From an uncultured Planctomycetota bacterium (GTDB lineage: Bacteria; Planctomycetota; Planctomycetia; Isosphaerales; Isosphaeraceae): a DNA stretch of 64,000 nucleotides. Of this stretch, positions 27,280-37,855 are shown piece after piece. Numbering within the stretch: position 1 is the first letter of the stretch; each line of letters opens with the position of its first letter. The DNA lies in assembly GCA_963737655.1 (NCBI GenBank), contig CAVTTN010000002.1:576001-640000 (forward strand). The letters run 5' to 3'. Made by a program: the position numbers and the translations under genes. The notes under the pieces are model-generated. The model was not told the origin of the DNA, ran no database searches, and saw only the letters and a list, made by a program, of their open reading frames with translations.

Positions 27280-30200
27280 TCGTCATCCTCCGTCTGGCCT
27301 TTCTTCTTCCGTACCGCCCGAGTCTTGCGGGCCTTCTCGGGCGGGGTCCAGTTGCGGATGTCCTCAAGCGTCAGGCCGAGTTCGTGGGCGTCCTGCTCCA
27401 GCAGGGTCTGGTAGGACTTGCCCGCCGACTCGCCGAACTCCTCGACGACCTCGGGGTGCCACTGGTGGACCCACGGGAGGAGTTGATCCAGGCCCGCCAG
27501 GAGGGGCGTCAGCCGCCTCGCGTCCCATCCCTCCCGCTTGCGGGCGTCGTAGTAGCCGACGAGGGCCTCCACCTGCTGGAGGTGGTCCCACCCGGCCCAG
27601 CCGACGAGCAGCGAGGGGTCGCCGTCGGTCTGGCAGTGCGGGTAGCTGATCCAGCGTTCCTTGGGCACGTCGAGCTTGCCCCGCAGTCGCCAGTAGTCGG
27701 TCTTGAGGAAGTCCGACGTGGCGTACTTGGGCGGCACCGGGATGTCGCCGACGTCCTTCCCGGCGTCCTCCTGCCGCTGGAGATCCCACGTCCGCTCCCA
27801 GACAATTCTCTTCCGCAGGCCCGTGGCCTTGTAGCGCAGGATCGGCAGGAAAGGGACGGACTCGGACCCGACCAGTTCGGCCACCAGAGCGGCCACGTCG
27901 AAGTCGGGTCGGCCTCGGTAGATCGCCGCTACTTGCATGAACTCGGCGTCGGTGCTCGCAAGGTCAGCCAGTCGGGCCGTCGATTGCAGTTCCACGCCCG
28001 GCCAGTAGCGTTTGTCTTCGAGTCGGTCGAGGAGCCAGTTCTTCAAGGCCCGCTGTTCCTGCTCGGACCACGGTTCGGTGTTCCAGCGGCGCTTGTACTC
28101 AGGCTTCTCGATCAGGCCGATTTCCTTGTTCGTTTCGATGAGCTTGATGCGGCGTTCGACCAGCGTCTGGTAAGCTGCGGGCCAGTGGGTCGGGATCTCG
28201 GTCATCGGCGTCGAGCCGTGCCGCTCGAACCACGTCGTTTGAAGTTCGCCCTTCTCCACCTGCCGGGCCATGACGATCTCGAAGGCCCGCTGGCCGAGGG
28301 CGAGTTCGGGCAGGTCGTCACCGGTATAACTGAAATCATCAGACAACAAGCTGTAAAGACGGTAGCACTCCCAGTCGAGTTCCTCTTGGATCGAAATCAT
28401 ACGACGCAGGGTTCGCTTGGCTTGGATCCGAAAGCTCACCCGTTCCTCAGACGAGTATATTCGTTTCGAGAAAGTTGCTTCGGGCAGCAATTCCATGTGT
28501 TCCTGACCCAATGCGTCTAGCTGGCAAGCATACGATCGAGGCATGCGATCTGGCACGGGCAAACGCAGGAGGTTTGTGGCTGTGAAATCGTAGAAGTGCT
28601 CCCATGTCTCGGTTGCCAGTCCTCCTCCGATTCCACCGCCCCCCTTGTCGTGACATGTCTGCTTGAGCCAAAAGCAAGTTGTCGATGCATTCAACAGACC
28701 AGCCAAGTCGGTATGGTCCTCCTGATCGCAATGGGGAGGCAATTTGATGAGTTGTATTGAATGCTTGAAAACTCTCGGTCCACGTTCCACTACACAGTGA
28801 TTGTGTGTGGCAAAGAAGACAAAAGGTATCGACAGCAGGGTGCTCATCCGGTCTACAGGAATTTGACCGTATTCATACCAATTCTTGCCGCTTTGCTTGT
28901 ACGTATTTCCTCCAAACAGCTTTCGATCCCAAAGGATCGGCTTGTAGGGCCACATGAATTTCAAACATCGAGGAAGGCATGACGAATCTAACACGGCGAT
29001 TTTGTCGTCATAAGGGAAGATGACCCAATCGCCTTCGGCTTGCCCCCAATCACGTACCTGTTCCCCAGTCCCGAAGCTCCGAAGGTTGGCTAATTCGCAT
29101 CGATTACGCAGGAGGACTGACTTCGGCTGAGGGAACACATCGTCCTGCTTGGTAATACACATAAAACCGACGGATGCAACCAGAGAGTCTAACGTGATTT
29201 CGCAGCCTGATTCGAGAGCCTCCTTCAGGTCTCCGACTCCTCCTCCACCTATGCTCCAAGGATGCCGGGCAAATGTCTCTCTTGCCAAATCCGCTGTTGA
29301 GGCAAATTCGTCCTGAGACCCAGCAATGTCAATATTTTTGACGATGGATTGCCAGACAAGGCCCTGGGACGGATCATCGGGGGCTAATGTTTCGCCTTTG
29401 ATGCCAAGTATCGCTCGGACGGTCTTTTCGATCGGCTTGCGTGCCCGCCCGAACAATATGACCGTTGGCGTTCCGTGGCCAGGAATGTAAGCGCCGGAAG
29501 TGTCGATAACGTGTGTGAGGTCGATCTTAGGAAAAAAATCCTCGATCAACTTTTTGCCAAACTCCCGCTTCATAAACGAGTTGGTGGTAATCTGACCGAT
29601 GTAGCCGCAGCCGTTGTCCTCGTCGGGCTGCATTGCTAGTTCCCAGAACCGCTGAGTGAACGGCACGCCGAGCGAGTATTGCCTGTGGCATGTACTGTAC
29701 AAGGCTCGGCATGCTTCGTTCTGGGCCTTGTCCTTAGGTGTGATGTAGGGCGGGTTGCCGACGGCGACGTGATAGCCCTGGCCGAGGATCTCTCGAAGTG
29801 CCACTGGGTCTTCGACGGCATATATCGGGTCCACCTCGAACAAATTTCCCTGTCTATCCAGCGGCAATCGCTCGCCCTTGTAGCCCGGCCTGCTGCCGAA
29901 CAGCAAGCTGTCCCCCGTCGCCAGATGGACGTTCCAAGCCGGGGCGTCCTTGAGCCGACGAATGCCGCAGGCTCGCACGGCGGCGACGATCAGCCGGAAC
30001 CGGGCGATCGCCACGGCGAACGGATTGATGTCCACGCCCCACACACCATCGAGCGCCTCTGCGCCGCCTTGATCTCGTTGCCCTCGACCTTGCACCACTC
30101 CCGGAACAGCCGAGCGAACCCGCCGAGCAGGAAGTGCCCCGAGCCGCACGTCGGGTCGATCATCCGCACCTTGTCGAGGCCGAATTCGTCGAGGGCGGGC

Positions 30201-30853
30201 GTGAGCGTCCGGTCGAGGATGAACTCCTCGACGAACACCGGCGTTTGCAGCAGGGCATACTTCTTGCGGGCCTTCTCAGACAGGTCCTGATACAGGTCGC
30301 CGAGGAACCGGGTATCGCCGTCCGCCACCTCGAACGACCGCAGCAGGTGGCCTCTGGCTGCGTCGATCTCCCGCCAAAACTGGAGCAGCCTCATGGCCGC
30401 ATCGCCGCTCGGGGCCAGCGCCCACAGCGGTGTCTTGCCCTCGGCGAACAGGTCGGCGGCGGCGGGGATCTTGCCGACCTCTTGGAAGACGTGCTGGAAG
30501 TATTCCCGGTCGGTGTAGTGGGCGTGGTGGCGGAAGAAGAGTTCGTGCGACCCCTCGGCGAGCCTGCGGCGCTCGCCCTCCCCGGCCAGCCAGCACTCGT
30601 CGATCAGCCGGTTGTCCTCCATGAACCGCACGAAGACGCAGGCCAGCACCCACGCCACGGCCACCTGATCGAGGTAATCGTCCCGCCAGACCTCGAACGC
30701 CTGGGCCGTGCGGCCCCCGGTCTGGATCTGATGGAACGCCTGACGCAGGCCGGAGTCGATCTCGGCGACCTCGGTCGAGCGGGCGAGCAGGTCCTCGGCC
30801 AGTTCGCCGACGAGACCTCGAAGCTCGGGCAACAACGTCTTGATGTCCACCAT
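27276..30853 (-). CDS. pglX: BREX-2 adenine methyltransferase PglX; 1-bp frameshift near 30058 (likely assembly error)
   Basis: DTRFLGDLYQDLSE, DPTCGSGHFL, GVDINPFAV, GNPPY, GAYIPGHGTPT, RGKLDVPKER. Confidence 0.9.
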
Positions 30854-30855
30854 GA

Positions 30856-33800
30856 TCAGCCACTTCCCTTCTTGCCAGCCAGGGCCGTGGCGGACTTATC
30901 CGACCGGGCACGATGTAGGTTGTCGATCCAGGACTCGGACACCCTGGCCCGCTGCCCCGGCGTGATGAGCGGGATCTCGGCGTTGTCCAACACCGGCATG
31001 TCGCTCTGCCCGTCCGTCGCCACCAGGACCCACATTCCTGGGCAAGGGACGTCGTGGCCCACCTTGTCCCGCAGCGTCTCCAGGACCGACATCTGGTCGT
31101 AGCGGGCGATCAGGCCCGGATGCACCAGCAGCAGGTGCGACGAGCGGTTCAGGAGGTCGTCCGTGATCTTCAGGGCCACCCGCCCGATCAGGATGAGCAG
31201 GTTCTTCCAGTCCGGGCCGGACGGGTCGGTGCCGTCGGCCCTCTCGACGATCCCCCAGTCGATCTCCAGTTCCTCCGCCTCGTCCCGCAGGGCGTCGAAC
31301 AGCAACTCGTCGAACGAGACCCGCTGGAGCGAAAACCGCCTCAGGAGTTCGTCCTCGCACCGCCGCATCCGGCTCGGCTTCACCGTCAGGGCGAGGAAGC
31401 CGCCGTCGTCGTAAGCGTGCCTCAACCGCTCCTCGAACTGGCGGGCCTCGGCGACGTCCGGCGTCACCTCGACGTGCCGGGCGCTCGTGGTCGTCGTGTG
31501 GCGGGGAGCGTTCGACGAGCCGGACGTGACGACGATCCTCGCCTCCCGGCGGTGGAACGTAGAGGTCTCTGGGTTCCACTGGACGTCGAGGCCGACCCGG
31601 TGCAGGAGGGCGTCGAGATCGGGGCGATCCGGAAGTCGCTCGGCCTCGGGGTAGCGGCTCTCCAGCCGGGAGCGGATCTGCTCGATCGTGAAGCCGCCGT
31701 CCCCCTCCCCGAGGCCAAGCCCCGCCAAAGCACCGAGGCCAAGCCTCAACGCTCGTTCCGCCGCCATCTCCCGTGGGTAGAGTTCCTGGCGGGACGAGAC
31801 GGCGGCGGTCCTGCTCATCGCCGCCGCCAGACGAAGCAATCGTTCGTTCCCGAAGGGCTGGCAGCCGTGGGGCTGCTGGGGCTGGGCGACGTCGTAAAGC
31901 TCCTGGAAGACCCGGAGCGGCGGCGGGAGCGGGTCGCCACCGGCGAGTTCGTCGGCCACCTGCCCGAGCTTCTCGGCGTACGCCGCCAGTTCCTGCGTAC
32001 AGGCGACCAGCGCCTTGCCCGACGCTCGCCGGATCTGGAACCGGGGCTGGGCCAGCGAACCTTCCGTCTCCACCGCCGCCCGGGCGACCGCCGAGGCCAG
32101 CCGCTGCTGCCGGGCCGCATCGGCGGGGTTGGCGGCGGGACGCAGGAGGATCGTCAGGTCGATGATCTCCGGGAGCGTGACGACGCCGCCGAGCCGCTGG
32201 ATCTGCTCGCAAAGTTCGTGGCGGAACGAGTTGAGCAGCGGGTCCTTGGCCCATCGGTTCCGGTCCGCCGTGAGCACCTGCCCGACCCGGGCACGGGTGA
32301 TCCCAAGGGCGTCGGCGACTTCCGCCTGGCTCGGCCAGTGGGAGGCCGGTTGCGACTCACGGGCCGACACCCCGAGCAGCCCGGCCCGGATGTTCCATTC
32401 GCCCTCTTTTTTCGGATTCCGCACCCCGACCGTCCGCTGCTCCAACGCTTCGAGGCTGGGAGGGCCGGTCGCCTCGTCGGCGATCGCCTGATCCTTGGAG
32501 CGAGGGGCCGGGGCGTCGGGGAATCGGGCTCGCAACTCGGTGACGAAGCGGATGATCTCCTGCCGGGTCTGGTTCCCGACCCCCCGCATCAGGTGGATCT
32601 CCCGGGCCGGGAACGCCAGGAGGTCACGGACGGCGAGCACCTCGGCCCGTTCGAGGGCGTTGCGGGCTCGTGTGGAGATGCCCAGGACGGCGATCGGCGT
32701 CCCCAGGTCCGCCTGTTCGAGCGACACGCTCAGTTCGACCTCGTGGCCGGTCGGCGTCTTGATCGTGCGCTGCTCGGCCACCTTGAAGACCTGCTGCCAC
32801 GCCCATCGCATCTGGTCGGCGTTGTCGAACCGCTGGCTCGGGTCCCGGTGCAGCCCTTTGCGGAAGAATTCCTCCATCCCGTCCCGGACGCTGGGGTCGA
32901 ACTTCTCGGCCTCGATCGCCAGTTCGTCGTCGGTCAGGGCGGGGTCGGACCGGTCCTTGCCCCACTGCGGGAGGATGCCTGCACCCAGGGTCATCTCGTA
33001 CAGAGTCACCGCCGCCGAGTAGCGTTCCGCCGCCAGGTCCCAGCGTCCCGGCTTGCGGTTCTTGAGGAACGGGTCCCTGTAGCCCTCCGTGCCGACGTTG
33101 ATGTTCTCCAGCGGGGCTCGGGCCAGGGAGAAGTCGAACAGGATCAACTGATTCCGCTGCTTGGTCAGCGACCGGATGCCGATGTTGTCGGGCTTGATGT
33201 CCCGGTGGACGACGCCGTGCCGCTCCAGCGAGGCGAGCGCCGAGAGCAGGTCGTCGCCGTATCGGGCGAGCATCTCCAGGCCCGGCACCCCATCGCTGCG
33301 AAGCAGGGCGGCGAGCGTGCGATCGCCCGCCTTTTGCAGGACGAGGACCGTCCTCCCGCCCATCGTCAGTTCGTCCACGAGAGCGACGATGAACTCGCTG
33401 TGGATCGTCCTGAGCGCCTCGGCCTCGTCGTGCAGCCGGTCGTTGTCGGCGTCGGTGAGGGCAACTTTGAGGACGAAATCCTTGTCCTCCTTCTTCACGA
33501 GCAAGGCGATGGCCGTCGCCCCCTGGCCGAGGACCCGCTCGACGACGAATCCATGAGGCAACTGGTCGCCCCGCTTGGCCTGCAAGGGATCGGCGACGAG
33601 GTTCTCGGCGGGGGCAGTCAGTTCATCTTCGACGTCATCGAGCAGGGTGAGGAAATCCTCGACCGAGCCGATGCGGGTGAGCACGTCGGGATGGGTGCTC
33701 CACCGGATCAGTTCTTCGAGCTTCGGCCCGGCACCGTCGAGCACGGCGGAGATGGAGAGGCCCTTCTGCTCCCGCAGGATCTTGGCGAGTTCGGTCGGGG

Positions 33801-35094
33801 TGGTTGCCGGTGGCCGGGAGGCGAACAGGTGGAAGGCGATGGCACCCAGCGAGAAGACGTCCGACGCCTCCGTGACCTTGCGGGAGTCCGAGATCGCCTC
33901 GGGCGAGAGGTACACGAGGGCCTGCGACTCGACCAGATCCTCGACGTTCGTGACCCGGCCCGAGGTCGAGGCCGTCTCACGGACGCCGACCTGCCAGTTG
34001 TAGACCTGGAGCTTCGGCATCGCCGAGCCCGCATCGCTGACGAGGATGCTCTGGGGGCACAGCGCCCTGTGGACGACCCGCTTGCGGTGGGCGTATCGGA
34101 TGGCGTCGGCGACCTGCCGCAGCATCTCCAGGCGGTGTCCGGTCGTCAGGTTCGTGCCGTGGAGCTTCAGATAATGATCGAGCCGGACGGCAGCCGGGTC
34201 GAGGTAGCGGAAGAGCAAGGCCGGGCCGTGCTCGTGCTCCTTGTAATCCAGTACGGGCAGGATGCCGGTGTGGTCCAGCGTCTGGATGATCTGGAACTCA
34301 CGGGCGGCTGCCCTCTGGAGCCGTTTCCGGTCCTCCTCGGAGGAGGCTTGGGCCACGGTGTACTGGCGGACCCGGCAGTAGACATTCTCGAAGGAGGCGT
34401 GCTTGGCGAGCCGGTCCTGATAGCCCGGTCCATCGGCGAGCAGGTCGCCCAGAACGTAGTCTCCGACCCGCCTAGACTTCTGGGAGGGGCGGATGCCCGC
34501 CTGATCGACGGCCCTCGCCAGCGCCCGAGACAGCGGGGAGTCGATGGGCGTGCGGAGTTCGGGGTCGATGCCCGGCCCATCCCGGTTGATCAGGGCGGCG
34601 AGGATGCCCTTGCGCTCGGCGTGGTGGGCGTCCGCAGGCCGGTCCTTCAGCAAGACCCGGTTGCGGGCGGGGCCGGTGAGGTCGAATTGGAGGTTGTCCG
34701 CCGAGAGGAACACGAGTGCGTCGAGCCAGGGCAGGCGGAACTTGCTCACGGCGGACTGGGACTTGAGCAAGGAGGACAACGCCTTCGCCTTGCGGTTGGC
34801 GAGCAGGACGGGATTATCCTCGGAGCGGGTACGGCCCTCGTGGGAGCAGGTCCAGGTCGCCGAATCGCCCGAGATCCGGCCCGCCCACGCCTTCGTCTCC
34901 ACGAGCCAGAACCCCTGCTTGGTCAGGACGAGGAGGTCAACCTCGTAGATGGCCCCGTCGTCGGTCTGGAACTCGAAGTTGGACCAGGCCCTGTACGGAT
35001 CGTGGTCGGGCAGTCCCGTTCGGATGAAGTCCAGGCCACGACGCTCCCACTCGTACTGAGAAGGCGTGATGATGTTCCAGCGGGGGATTTCCAT
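30856..35094 (-). CDS. pglW: BREX-2 Ser/Thr kinase PglW (NERD + pseudokinase + kinase + RNAP alpha-CTD-like + HTH)
   Basis: EVDLLVL..GFWLVETK; VHRDIKPDNI..LFDF; STRARNALER; EVADALGITRARVGQ. Confidence 0.93.
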   Translation of the reverse strand: MEIPRWNIITPSQYEWERRGLDFIRTGLPDHDPYRAWSNFEFQTDDGAIYEVDLLVLTKQGFWLVETKAWAGRISGDSATWTCSHEGRTRSEDNPVLLANRKAKALSSLLKSQSAVSKFRLPWLDALVFLSADNLQFDLTGPARNRVLLKDRPADAHHAERKGILAALINRDGPGIDPELRTPIDSPLSRALARAVDQAGIRPSQKSRRVGDYVLGDLLADGPGYQDRLAKHASFENVYCRVRQYTVAQASSEEDRKRLQRAAAREFQIIQTLDHTGILPVLDYKEHEHGPALLFRYLDPAAVRLDHYLKLHGTNLTTGHRLEMLRQVADAIRYAHRKRVVHRALCPQSILVSDAGSAMPKLQVYNWQVGVRETASTSGRVTNVEDLVESQALVYLSPEAISDSRKVTEASDVFSLGAIAFHLFASRPPATTPTELAKILREQKGLSISAVLDGAGPKLEELIRWSTHPDVLTRIGSVEDFLTLLDDVEDELTAPAENLVADPLQAKRGDQLPHGFVVERVLGQGATAIALLVKKEDKDFVLKVALTDADNDRLHDEAEALRTIHSEFIVALVDELTMGGRTVLVLQKAGDRTLAALLRSDGVPGLEMLARYGDDLLSALASLERHGVVHRDIKPDNIGIRSLTKQRNQLILFDFSLARAPLENINVGTEGYRDPFLKNRKPGRWDLAAERYSAAVTLYEMTLGAGILPQWGKDRSDPALTDDELAIEAEKFDPSVRDGMEEFFRKGLHRDPSQRFDNADQMRWAWQQVFKVAEQRTIKTPTGHEVELSVSLEQADLGTPIAVLGISTRARNALERAEVLAVRDLLAFPAREIHLMRGVGNQTRQEIIRFVTELRARFPDAPAPRSKDQAIADEATGPPSLEALEQRTVGVRNPKKEGEWNIRAGLLGVSARESQPASHWPSQAEVADALGITRARVGQVLTADRNRWAKDPLLNSFRHELCEQIQRLGGVVTLPEIIDLTILLRPAANPADAARQQRLASAVARAAVETEGSLAQPRFQIRRASGKALVACTQELAAYAEKLGQVADELAGGDPLPPPLRVFQELYDVAQPQQPHGCQPFGNERLLRLAAAMSRTAAVSSRQELYPREMAAERALRLGLGALAGLGLGEGDGGFTIEQIRSRLESRYPEAERLPDRPDLDALLHRVGLDVQWNPETSTFHRREARIVVTSGSSNAPRHTTTTSARHVEVTPDVAEARQFEERLRHAYDDGGFLALTVKPSRMRRCEDELLRRFSLQRVSFDELLFDALRDEAEELEIDWGIVERADGTDPSGPDWKNLLILIGRVALKITDDLLNRSSHLLLVHPGLIARYDQMSVLETLRDKVGHDVPCPGMWVLVATDGQSDMPVLDNAEIPLITPGQRARVSESWIDNLHRARSDKSATALAGKKGSG

Positions 35095-35125
35095 GCTCAA
35101 CTTCGGTCCTACGCCGCCCGGACTG

Positions 35126-35338
35126 TCAGGGCGAGGCGGGTCGATCCTTGGGGACCGTCCGCTCCACCTGGCCCAACATGGAATCGAGGTCTTGCTGCCG
35201 GAAGAGTCGATAGCGATTCACCGGATGGCGGTGCGTCACGATCTTCCCCGCCTTCTCCCAGTTGCGCAGAGTATTCGGGGCGACCCCGAGATACTCGGCT
35301 GCCTCCGAGATCTTGAGATATTCCCGCAACTTAGCCAC
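35126..35338 (-). CDS. MerR-like/excisionase-type HTH protein heading the BREX operon
   Basis: YLKISEAAEYLGVAPNTLRNWEKAGKI...NRYRLF; GTG start after GGAGG. Confidence 0.85.
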   Translation of the reverse strand: MAKLREYLKISEAAEYLGVAPNTLRNWEKAGKIVTHRHPVNRYRLFRQQDLDSMLGQVERTVPKDRPASP

Positions 35339-35710
35339 GCAGGGGCCTCCCAGGGCCACGTCGTTCCCTACCAAACCTTACCAAGACCACGACGGGATGC
35401 AAGCCGGTGGCCCCGGACCTGTCCGAGTTAGCGACTTTAAGTTTTAATTTCATGTGTTGATATGCAAAAATCTAAAGAATTTGAACACGGCACGATGGTG
35501 TGAGCTTCCTGCCCATGTATCCCGGTCATCCGGTCTGTCCTGGTACCGAACGAGAGGGTCAGTGGGGAGCGGGTCGCCAAGGTGGTGATCATGTCAATGT
35601 CCATTCCGGGCACGAGCGTCAAACCAATCCAACTGATAGAATCCTGCAAGTCCGACATCTCGGCGAGAGGCGAAGCGGCTTCAATCCATCCAATACAAGC
35701 TGTGGACTCG

Positions 35711-36223
35711 ATGAAAATCCTTTTCCTGCACGGCTGGCACTCGGTCCCCGGCGGGATCAAGCCGAGTCACCTGACTCAGCACGGCCATGAGGTCTTCAAC
35801 CCGCCCCTCGATGACGACGACTTCGGCCAGGCTCTTCGCTATGCCCAATTCGAGTACGACCGCCATCGCCCCGAGGTGATCGTGGGCTCCTCAAGAGGAG
35901 GGGCCGTGGCGATGAATCTCGATTCTGGATCGACCTCGCTCGTGCTCCTCTGCCCGGCGTGGAAACGCTGGGGCACGGCCACAACGGTCAAGCTGGGCAC
36001 CTTGATCCTGCACAGCGAGGCCGACGACGTGATCCCGATCGCCGAGAGCCGGGAACTGGTGCGGGCCAGCGGCCTGCCCGAGTCGGCGCTGATCATCGTG
36101 GGCAACGACCATCGTCTGGCAGACCCCGAGCCACTGGCGGCGATGCTGGCGGCGTGCGAGAGCAAGGACGACCTGATCGACCGCATGGACGCCGTGAAAT
36201 TGCCCTGCATAATTGATGAATAG
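35711..36223 (+). CDS. Small alpha/beta hydrolase (YqiA-like)
   Basis: MKILFLHGW, VGSSRGG nucleophile, HSEADD, NDHRL. Confidence 0.88.
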   Translation: MKILFLHGWHSVPGGIKPSHLTQHGHEVFNPPLDDDDFGQALRYAQFEYDRHRPEVIVGSSRGGAVAMNLDSGSTSLVLLCPAWKRWGTATTVKLGTLILHSEADDVIPIAESRELVRASGLPESALIIVGNDHRLADPEPLAAMLAACESKDDLIDRMDAVKLPCIIDE

Positions 36224-36252
36224 AATCGACCGGCGTGGTGGAGCGAGAAGGC

Positions 36253-37332
36253 ATGAACGAGCCACAGCCAGTCAATCAATGCGACGACGCCGTCAACTCC
36301 ATCGTGGTGTACCGGGTTATCGGCCTGTTCCTGCTTGCGGTGATCAGCGGATCTTCGGTATTCCTCGTTCACCAGGTTGCGTGGCCGTGGGTTGCGGTGT
36401 CGTTTTTCGTCGGAGCATTTGCTGGGATCTTCGTAGGGTTTAATTTTGGCGTCCATACGCAATTAACCGTGGCAACGATGGCGGTCGTGGCGGGGTTTCT
36501 TGAGGGCGTTTACCGGGGCTGGAAAGCCTACGGGTTGGCCGGGGCCGTACTCGGCGGGCCAGCGGGTCTTCTTGCCAGTGTTGTGTTGATAATGCTTACA
36601 ATTATATTGATGACTGTCGTCGTTATGCTGTGTGGCGGAAATCCATTCGTGAGTGTCCCCGAAGAATCCTCCGGGGGCGGCGTAGGACGACGAGGACGAA
36701 ACAAGAAGACTGGGATAACCATGACCGTACCCGACCGCAACACCTTCGAATCCGCATACGCAGGGCAAGCCCCCTGGGATATCGGCAAGCCGCAGCAGGC
36801 ACTCCTGGAGGTGGCGGCACGAGTTCAAGGGTCGATCCTCGACGTCGGATGCGGCACGGGGGAGAACGCCCTCTACTTCGCCGGTCTGGGACGAAAGGTT
36901 ACGGGCATCGACTTCCTCGCCGGGCCGATCGAGAGTGCGAAGCAGAAGGCCATCGAGCGGGGTTTGAAGGCGACGTTCCTCGTCATGGATGCCCTTGCCT
37001 TGACGTCTCTTCCCGAGGTGTATGACTCGGTGATCGACAGCGGCCTGTTCCACGTCTTCGACGATGCGGATCGGCGGCGATACATCCAGGGATTGGCGAC
37101 CATCCTCAGGCCGGGAGGTCGGCTGTTCCTGGTGTGCTTCAGCGACGAGGAGCCCGGCACCCAGGGGCCGAGGAGGGTCACGCAGCAGGAGATCCGGGAT
37201 TCCTTTGCGGACGGCTGGGCCGTGGAAGAGGTCCGGGCGACGAGGTTCGAGGTCGTCCCCGACCTGAAGGACATCTCGTTCAGCGAGGGCGGGCCGAGGG
37301 CGTGGCTCTCGGTGGTCCGGCGGGAGGGCTGA
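36253..37332 (+). CDS. Class I SAM methyltransferase (from 36721) in frame with an upstream lower-GC membrane segment
   Basis: APWDIGKPQ, ILDVGCGTGENA, DSGLFHVF, LRPGG; four hydrophobic segments in 36253-36650; may be two genes. Confidence 0.8.
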   Translation: MNEPQPVNQCDDAVNSIVVYRVIGLFLLAVISGSSVFLVHQVAWPWVAVSFFVGAFAGIFVGFNFGVHTQLTVATMAVVAGFLEGVYRGWKAYGLAGAVLGGPAGLLASVVLIMLTIILMTVVVMLCGGNPFVSVPEESSGGGVGRRGRNKKTGITMTVPDRNTFESAYAGQAPWDIGKPQQALLEVAARVQGSILDVGCGTGENALYFAGLGRKVTGIDFLAGPIESAKQKAIERGLKATFLVMDALALTSLPEVYDSVIDSGLFHVFDDADRRRYIQGLATILRPGGRLFLVCFSDEEPGTQGPRRVTQQEIRDSFADGWAVEEVRATRFEVVPDLKDISFSEGGPRAWLSVVRREG

Positions 37333-37503
37333 CTCAAGCACAGGGAAGGCAGACCACCGGCCCTTGGCGACGGGATGCCGCCACGGGCCGGTCTGCACGA
37401 GCACTGCACCTCCTCGAAGGGGCTGGACCTCAGCGGAAGGTTCGTGCGGTGCGAGAAGTGGACGATCGTTTTCATCAAGGGCAAGTACAAGGGCCGGTCT
37501 CTT

Positions 37504-37708
37504 GAGCACGGCCAGGACGGTCCAGCCAGGCACGATCATCCTGCACAGCGAGGCCGACGACCTGATCCCGATCGCCGACAGCCGGGAACTGATGCGGGCC
37601 AGCGGATTGCCCGAGTCGGCCCTGGTCATCGTCGGCAACGACCATCGGCTGGCCGACATCGAGCCTCTGGCGGCGATGCTTGGGTCGTGCGAGGAGGCGC
37701 TCTCCTGA
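37504..37708 (+). pseudogene. 3' fragment duplicate of the 35711..36223 hydrolase
   Basis: TARTVQPGTIILHSEADDLIPIADSRELMRASGLPESALVIVGNDHRLAD aligns with ~35971-36160. Confidence 0.8.
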
Positions 37709-37855
37709 CGGCGATGCAAACATCCGGCAGGGCGGACGCACTCGGCGATAACGGGCCGGGTATGCATCGAGCGACGGCAAAACCCACGAACCATCCCCCG
37801 ATCCTCGGTGTCGAGAGGGGATTACGAGGATGGCGTCACGATCGGGGACGATGCG

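Noticed and set aside
30050..30065. pglX frameshift as programmed phase variation (as in the Streptomyces pglX G-tract)
   Set aside because: No long homopolymer or repeat at the site, and similar 1-bp indels occur in core genes; assembly error is more parsimonious.
31054..35316. 1420-aa plus-strand ORF (and similar long ORFs such as 48916..51663, 46132..48510, 19796..21646)
   Set aside because: Antisense shadows of real genes in high-GC DNA; low-complexity composition and no motifs.
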